A program made the translations under genes and the position numbers. Below the pieces are notes generated by a model. It was not told where the DNA came from, searched no databases, and saw only the letters and a program-made list of their open reading frames with translations. DNA of 64,000 nt from NCBI GenBank assembly GCA_951406725.2, contig OX597817.1, forward strand, positions 44,826,001-44,890,000, read 5' to 3'. Numbering within the stretch: the first letter of the stretch is position 1; each line of letters begins with the position of its first letter. Below are positions 56,676 through 64,000 of the stretch, in pieces. The stretch comes from Octopus vulgaris (lineage: Eukaryota).

Positions 56676-57150
56676 TGTATAAAGGATCACGGGGAAAGCC
56701 AAAGCAATGCGAAGTAAATGAAAGGTAAAGTACAAGAAAACAAATATGTGAATTAATGTATTAATGTATTACCTTGTATTCAATATTTCTTGGTTAATTG
56801 TTTCTGAGGCCATCCTCATACACCAAAAGAAAAACCAATATCAACAACAGAAAAGAGTTACATGAAGTTAGCTGGTGGTTATGCCAACATATTTCCGCGC
56901 ATGTCCACTCCAGGCATGCTCACACACACACGCACATCGGCAACATTTCTTTAATATAGGGTCATAAACCCGAAATATCGAATACAAGATAAGTCTACAA
57001 TAATTCACATATTTGTTTTCTTGCGATGTACCTTTCATGTACCTCGCATTGTGTTGGCCTTACCCACGATTCTTTACACAATATATTCTACAGAATGCTA
57101 CATAGTAATTATTCCATATATACATATACATACATTCATACATTCATACA

Positions 57151-57233
<83 letters not shown>

Positions 57234-58212
57234 CAGACAAGAAAGTATAATTTCGAATGCAGAAAAATAACAGTGAAAACAGCAGAGAGATTAGGTATGT
57301 TAGTCTTTATAAGACGGAAAAAGTTGTCAGTAGACAGCCTCACAGGAATCGAACCCGCATCCTTCGCGTGACGGCTATGTTTCCTATCATTATGTTATAA
57401 TATTTAGCGTTTAATTTGAGAGAAATCGTTGTCAGCAGGCCGCTTATCTTAATGGTAGAATACACAGCCAGTGACTGACGGACTTTAGATCGAGTCCCGT
57501 GGCTGTCTACTGAGAATTTTATCCGTCTTGCAAGGGTAAAATACTGCGTTCGAAATATTATTCTCTCGTCTGTAAAATACAAAACACATTCGACGCTCCT
57601 AAAGCTTGCTTACAGAAGACTATCATAAAACTGGATTGAATGCAATAGCATAACGCAGATACTTCATCAATATTTCTAAAGGTAGGCAGCACGGAAAGTT
57701 GTGTTTTGAGAATATATGCTCTTTACATCCCGGCAGTAGCTTTAATCCAATCATTTGATATATTGGAGAACAAAAATTGTATACTGCACGATTTGAAAGT
57801 ATTAACTAATTCAATAAGCGTTTGTATAAATTCCCCAAGTATGTCCAATCAGTTCCAAATATCACACTGGCCTCCCACCTTAATTTACGTAATATGCCTT
57901 TTGGGAATAGACAAACTTCATCGTGATATCAGGGAGAGTATAGGCGTCGTATTCTACAGAGTGAGGAAAATTAATAATCTATTATTTTTAATGCTTTGAA
58001 ACACAAGAGAGAATACATAGATATATTTTTTCTTCAGTTGTGGTTTCGCGTTTATATTTTACATTTATTCATATAATATTCTTACTCTAAATCTAATATT
58101 CCCCTTGCATTATGTGTTTTACCTAATGCTTGTACAAGAGATACTTTTCTATAATCATGGAGATACATATTTCTATAACACATTCATAGATATGCATACA
58201 TACATACATACA

Positions 58213-58328
<116 letters not shown>

Positions 58329-58332
58329 TATA

Positions 58333-58518
58333 TATCCTTAAAATCCTTAAAAATGTTTTAGCCCGAAGGCCGCGGCCATGCTGGGGCACCACCGCTGAAT
58401 GAGCTACGCTAGTTTGTGAATCCACCTCTGATACGTGGCACTTGATCAACAAGGGAGTTCGATGCTGCTGCCCGCATCCGTGTCTCCTGTCGTGAGGTAG
58501 GTTCATCTGGGACTCCCA
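58333..58518 (-). mobile_element. CR1-group LINE extreme 3' fragment inside (TA)n
   Basis: [26 protein letters not shown], related to the 48691-48770 peptide, followed by a 3' UTR and an AAGGATTTAAGGAT tail. Confidence 0.8.
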
Positions 58519-58803
<285 letters not shown>

Positions 58804-59125
58804 GGATTAACTGTTGAACTGGACGGACGTCTATTTGTTTCTCTCCCGAGTCAGTAGCAAGCTACACAGCTTCAAAACTAACTGACCTTAAATATATATA
58901 TATTTGTAACCACGTGTTTGCCTACAAACCCGTAAGTACGTTTTCATTTAACTACAAATTGTTATATACACCTGTTTTTCTTTTAATATCCTCAAACAAC
59001 CAAATAATCAAAAACTCACACCCTTAAGAGAGAACATTTATATATATATACACTTCTTTAACTCCCAAGAAAGAATATATATATTTTCAAAAATCAAAAG
59101 GAAAACAAACAAAAGAAAAACAAAC

Positions 59126-60355
59126 ATGACTAACTTGCAGGCCTGCAACAGACGAAATTGGTCTGATAACGAAATTGATGTTTTAATAAACACATGGCTC
59201 TCTCTTTCCCAAACAGAAAATCTAAATGTCTTGTGTTTGAATGAGATTGCCGAAAAAACATCACAAGTGGTCAACACACGATCCGTCAAACAGATTCGTA
59301 GCAAGTTGAAACATATCGAAGTATCTTTCAAACTGATAAGAGGCCATTATGAAAAGCTTCTACATATTTTCACAGTTCAAGAACAACAACAGCTAGAAAA
59401 TCAGCAGCCACAACAACAACAACAACAGAATGAGCCACTCCTGGTTCCCAGCACAATGGCTGACCCTGACATCGGTCAGGCACAACAACAACAACAACAG
59501 CCACAGCAACAAGAACAACAACAGCCACTCCTCAACTCTAGCTTACTAGACGATTCACTAAATGCCAGTATCTTTTCACCGCTCTCACAGCAACCACCAC
59601 AATTATCATCATCATCATCACCACCGCTGCCACCATCGTCTTCTATCACCAAAAATACCAACAGAAAACCAAATAAGAAACCACTGCCCTCTTCCCCCAC
59701 ATCACCACCTCAATACTACTTCAGTAACAAAAACTTAAAGAAACATAGGAAGCAGAATGCGCCCCCCACGGCACAAACAAGAAATCCCCAAATATGCCGC
59801 TATTCACTGCGCCAGAGACTCTGCACAAATAGTGACTGCATCTTCACGCATCTACCCGGCACTAGACGCACTACCGGCCAAGGCCAAAGCACGCATCCCA
59901 CAATAACATCAACACCACCAAATAGTAAATCGAAATTCAAAACACACACAACTCGGAGTCCCAAAATCTGCCGGTATTCCCAACGTGAGAGAACATGTCT
60001 ACTGAGTGACTGTCCCTTCACTCATCTTCCAGGGACCCGACGCACAAACAGAAACGGGGCCTCAAGCCAACACACAAACCTGAATAACAATAAAAATAGA
60101 AACACACCATGCTGCAGTAATGCTGGTCCAGTCTTTTCAGGAAGACACAAAAACAACAACAACAAAAGTGGAAACTACAACCCTATCCAACAGTGCAACC
60201 ACACCTCCAGCCAAAAACTGCTCCCTAAGCAGGAAAATTCTTTTTTAGCCATGTTGAACATGACAAAAGAGATACACAAAAACATTCTAGCCATCACTCA
60301 ACACCATCCTATGCTATTACCCCAGTGCACCAATTCCCCACATTGCTGCCACTAA
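59126..60355 (+). CDS. LINE ORF1 protein: Myb/SANT-like N-terminus, Q/P/S-rich linker, two CCCH zinc fingers
   Basis: 409-aa ATG-initiated ORF. Contains RRNWSDNEIDVLINTW...RSVKQIRSKLK and two C-x8-C-x4-C-x3-H-LPGTRR repeats at 59795-59851 and 59969-60025. Confidence 0.85.
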   Translation: MTNLQACNRRNWSDNEIDVLINTWLSLSQTENLNVLCLNEIAEKTSQVVNTRSVKQIRSKLKHIEVSFKLIRGHYEKLLHIFTVQEQQQLENQQPQQQQQQNEPLLVPSTMADPDIGQAQQQQQQPQQQEQQQPLLNSSLLDDSLNASIFSPLSQQPPQLSSSSSPPLPPSSSITKNTNRKPNKKPLPSSPTSPPQYYFSNKNLKKHRKQNAPPTAQTRNPQICRYSLRQRLCTNSDCIFTHLPGTRRTTGQGQSTHPTITSTPPNSKSKFKTHTTRSPKICRYSQRERTCLLSDCPFTHLPGTRRTNRNGASSQHTNLNNNKNRNTPCCSNAGPVFSGRHKNNNNKSGNYNPIQQCNHTSSQKLLPKQENSFLAMLNMTKEIHKNILAITQHHPMLLPQCTNSPHCCH

Positions 60356-60557
60356 CACACACAAAAAATCCAAGCCCCTGCAACAGTCAAAACCAGCCAC
60401 TACACTAACCTCCACATTCCTACTCAATGCACAAGGTGTCAGCCCTTCCATCAATGCACAAAAATGGAAGGTCCAATTCATTGAAGACTGGGTTGGTAAC
60501 CATTCACACCACATCCCTTTCTTCATTCTCACTGAGACCCACCTTGACAACTCCCAC

Positions 60558-61994
60558 TTGGAAGCCGAAGTGAGAGTGAAGAATTTCACAACCATCCTCG
60601 CGGATCGTATCGGCAGGAGGAAGGGTGGAACTGCCATTTTCCTGCATGATTCATTTACGGCAGATGGAAATAGTATATTCTCCAACGGCTACTGTGAATC
60701 AGTCACCGTGCACAACAAAGCCAATGATCTGACAATAATTGGGCTCTATAGGCCGCCCCAAACACCCATACTGTGCTTTAAAGAATGCCTCAACAGCATT
60801 AAGTGCTTTATTCAACAGTGCCATTCTAGCAACATACTCATGATGGGAGACTTCAATCTACCCTGTGTTGACTGGACTACAAACTGTTTGAAACCAAGCA
60901 CTCCCGCCTCAACCGCTGACAAAGAAGCAGCAGAGTCACTTTTCGACTTTACGAATGAGTTTTTCTTGTCCCAACTTGTCCTTGCACCAACAAGACATCA
61001 GAACATTTTGGACCTAGTGTTTAGTAACCACACTAACACTATACATAACGTTACAGTGGAAAAAACCCTTCTTTCAGACCATGACATGGTTCTCTGTAAC
61101 ATGAAATTCCACCAGTCGAAAGCTAATCCTAGTGACCTTCCTCCAGCCCACCCATTTGACAACATGGATCTCCATAAAGCCAACTGGGATTCAATCAGGA
61201 ACGAGCTATCAAATGTTGACTGGTCCTTTACACATACACACATCTCCACCAACCATAAAACATCTTGGCAGATCTTTGTAGACACCGTCACAGATATATG
61301 TGCAAAACACTCCCCACCAAGACCTGTGAACAAAAAGTGCAGAATCCCCCAAAACAGAAAAACCATTATCAGAAAAATAAAAAGAACAAACAAAAAAATT
61401 AACAAACTAAAGTACTGCCAACAGCAACACACACATTCGACGGCTATCGCACTGCTTGAATCCAAAAAATATAACCTCCAACAATGCATGAAGTCCCTCA
61501 TCAATAACCAAAGATCAGCTGAGGAGAAGTGGGCCATTGAAAAAATCAAACTCAACCCCAAAGTGTTCTTTTCATTTGCGAGGAAACGCAGGGTCACTGT
61601 CTCCACTGTAGGCCCTCTAATTGACGAAACTGGCACTCTCCAAGATAATGCCAAATCCATGGCCGAGATACTGCAGAAACAATACTGCTCTGTTTTCAGC
61701 AATCCTGATATGGCCGATCTGGGCTGTATCAGTGATGTCAACCCCCAACACACTATATCGGACATAACGTTTAGTGCCCCTGATGTCTTAGCGGCGATAA
61801 ACGAAATAAAACACAATTCAGCAGTAGGCCCCGATAGGTTCCCTGCTTGTGTCCTGAAGGTGTGTCGACACCAACTTGCATCTCCCCTTGCTAATCTGTG
61901 GAGAAACTCACTGGATGCTGGCTATATTCCAAAAACCTTCTGTCCCAGTCTGTTGTCCCAGTTTTCAAAAAGGGAAACAAGTCCCTTGCAGTGA
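60558..61994 (+). CDS. LINE ORF2 N-terminal part, APE-type endonuclease (frame open from 60291; reading continues in the RT frame after ~61935)
   Basis: Motifs LLNAQG and LTETHL (both upstream of the TTG used by the ORF track), GGTAI, YRPP, MGDFNLP, LDLVF, SDH, GPD. Confidence 0.9.
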   Translation: MEAEVRVKNFTTILADRIGRRKGGTAIFLHDSFTADGNSIFSNGYCESVTVHNKANDLTIIGLYRPPQTPILCFKECLNSIKCFIQQCHSSNILMMGDFNLPCVDWTTNCLKPSTPASTADKEAAESLFDFTNEFFLSQLVLAPTRHQNILDLVFSNHTNTIHNVTVEKTLLSDHDMVLCNMKFHQSKANPSDLPPAHPFDNMDLHKANWDSIRNELSNVDWSFTHTHISTNHKTSWQIFVDTVTDICAKHSPPRPVNKKCRIPQNRKTIIRKIKRTNKKINKLKYCQQQHTHSTAIALLESKKYNLQQCMKSLINNQRSAEEKWAIEKIKLNPKVFFSFARKRRVTVSTVGPLIDETGTLQDNAKSMAEILQKQYCSVFSNPDMADLGCISDVNPQHTISDITFSAPDVLAAINEIKHNSAVGPDRFPACVLKVCRHQLASPLANLWRNSLDAGYIPKTFCPSLLSQFSKRETSPLQ

Positions 61995-63358
61995 ATTACC
62001 GTCCGATCTCACTCACCTCTCATATCATCAAGGTATTTGAGAGGGTGGTGAGATCTCAAATAACCCAATTTCTGGAAAGCAACAGACGGCTGATCTCCAA
62101 CCAACATGGGTTCCGTAATGGAAGGGACTGCCTAACGCAGCTCCTGCATCACTTTGAGGACATTTTGAGAGCTTTGGGAGAGGGCTCCAACACCGATGTC
62201 ATCTACCTTGATTTCAGTAAGGCCTTCGACAGGGTCGATCACAAGATCCTATTGAAAAAACTATCCAACATTGGTGTCTCTGGAAAGTTACTGAAATGGA
62301 TTAAGTGTTTCCTGACAGACAGATCTCAACATGTTGTAGTTGAAGGGGTAAACTCAAGCCCAGCCAAAGTCAGCAGTGGCGTTCCGCAAGGCACTGTGCT
62401 GGGCCCACTTCTTTTCATCATTTACATTAATGACATTAATGACATCATCAAGCACAGCAACATAAAAATCTTTGCAGATGACTCCAAGCTACAGAAGGTC
62501 ATAAATGAGGCGAGTGACCGGACATGCCTTCAGTCAGATCTACTGGCTGTTATCCAATGGGCAGAAAAAAACAATATGCTGCTGAACGAGGATAAATTTG
62601 AGCTAATCCACTTTGGAAAAGAGGATGCCCTGAAACTCCCATACTCCCTTCCTTCAGGTGAAACTCTCGCGGCGTCCAACAACATCAGAGACTTGGGAGT
62701 AATTGTGGACAACAACGTAAGCTGGGCCACTCATATAAACACCAAAGTTGACATGGCCCGCAGAATGTGTTCCTGGATTCTCAGAACTTTCCAGTCGAGA
62801 GATATCCACACCATTATCCTTCTCTTCTCCACTTTTGCCCGACCCCACCTTGAATACTGTTGTCCACTGTGGTCTCCCCACACAATACAAGGTATCATAA
62901 AAGTCGAAGCACCTCAAAGGGCAATCACAAAAAAGATAGATGGCATGACAGGCCTCGACTATTGGGGTCGACTAGAAAAGCTAAAACTCTATTCTCTCCA
63001 ACGTCGTCGTGAGCGCTACATCATCTGCATGATGTGGAAAATATTCCATCAGCATTGCCCAAATGATGTTGGCATCACCTTTAAGGTACATCCAAGGCTT
63101 GGGCCCCGTGCCATCCGCCCAAAACAAAAATCGCACTCTCATCTCATAACAACAATACGGCACAATTATTTCACCTCAATTGGCCCCGCTCTCTTTAACA
63201 TTACACCAAAACACATTAAAACAGAAACTGACCCTATAGGGTTCAAGAAGTCTTTGGACAGATTCCTTCAAGAAATCCCGGATAAACCCCCTACACCCGG
63301 ATATGTCTCTGTAAACAATAACTCTCTACTTGAGTGGGCCATAGTGCCCAAATTCTGA
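61898..63358 (+). CDS. LINE ORF2 C-terminal part, reverse transcriptase
   Basis: NYRPISLTS, QHGFR, YLDFSKAFDRVDH, GVPQGTVLGPLLF, FADD, RDLGV, RPHLEYC. Confidence 0.95.
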   Translation: MEKLTGCWLYSKNLLSQSVVPVFKKGNKSLAVNYRPISLTSHIIKVFERVVRSQITQFLESNRRLISNQHGFRNGRDCLTQLLHHFEDILRALGEGSNTDVIYLDFSKAFDRVDHKILLKKLSNIGVSGKLLKWIKCFLTDRSQHVVVEGVNSSPAKVSSGVPQGTVLGPLLFIIYINDINDIIKHSNIKIFADDSKLQKVINEASDRTCLQSDLLAVIQWAEKNNMLLNEDKFELIHFGKEDALKLPYSLPSGETLAASNNIRDLGVIVDNNVSWATHINTKVDMARRMCSWILRTFQSRDIHTIILLFSTFARPHLEYCCPLWSPHTIQGIIKVEAPQRAITKKIDGMTGLDYWGRLEKLKLYSLQRRRERYIICMMWKIFHQHCPNDVGITFKVHPRLGPRAIRPKQKSHSHLITTIRHNYFTSIGPALFNITPKHIKTETDPIGFKKSLDRFLQEIPDKPPTPGYVSVNNNSLLEWAIVPKF

Positions 63359-63447
63359 CTTGAAAGACTTCACCAGGTGGTGCTATTAAGTTAGACATGG
63401 CCTGGGCCAATAATGGCCGAAACCTATCAAAGTATCAAAGTATCAAA

Positions 63448-63763
<316 letters not shown>

Positions 63764-63764
63764 G

Positions 63765-63798
<34 letters not shown>

Positions 63799-63808
63799 TA
63801 TATAGGTC

Positions 63809-64000
63809 GAGGCGCAATGGCCCAGTGGTCACAGCAGCAGACTCACGGTTTCGATTCCCAGACCGGGCATTGTGTGTGTTTATTGAGCGAAAACACCTAA
63901 AAGCTCCACGATGCTCCTACAGGGGGTGGGGTGGTGCCCCCTGTTGTACTATTTCGCCACAACTTTCTCTCACTCTCTCTTCCTATTTCTTGAGTAACGC
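63809..64000 (+). mobile_element. SINE family C, cut by the window end
   Basis: GAGGCGCAATGGCCCAGTGG...GGTTTCGATTCCCAGACCGGGC. Confidence 0.85.

Noticed and set aside
60998-61816. 272-aa antisense ORF inside LINE ORF2
   Set aside because: No recognisable motifs; best explained as a shadow of the sense-strand codon usage.

Overview
Eukaryotic, AT-rich, repeat-dominated DNA. The tRNA-derived SINE families and dense TA/CA/TATC/AAT microsatellites resemble those of Octopus (from recall, not a database search). No host protein-coding gene can be called with confidence, and most ORFs in the track are translated microsatellites or SINEs. The main coding feature is an apparently full-length, young CR1-group LINE at about 58.8-63.45 kb. 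Its ORF1 has a Myb/SANT-like N-terminus and two tandem CCCH zinc fingers. Its ORF2 encodes APE endonuclease plus RT, lacks an AUG ahead of the endonuclease, and has one 1-bp homopolymer frameshift. Other mobile remnants: Penelope-like elements, Helitrons with exact A^TC...CTAG^T ends, Tc1 and mariner pieces, a MITE, an RTE 3' fragment, CR1-group 3' fragments and an RLE-type (HERO/NeSL-like) 3' fragment. The most interesting signals are RNA structures: four minimal hammerhead motifs with covarying helices, a hammerhead core in a non-standard strand order in the RLE element 3' UTR, a covarying 3' hairpin shared by LINEs and a SINE family, and a 164-bp zero-spacer palindrome. Boundaries of degraded elements are approximate.
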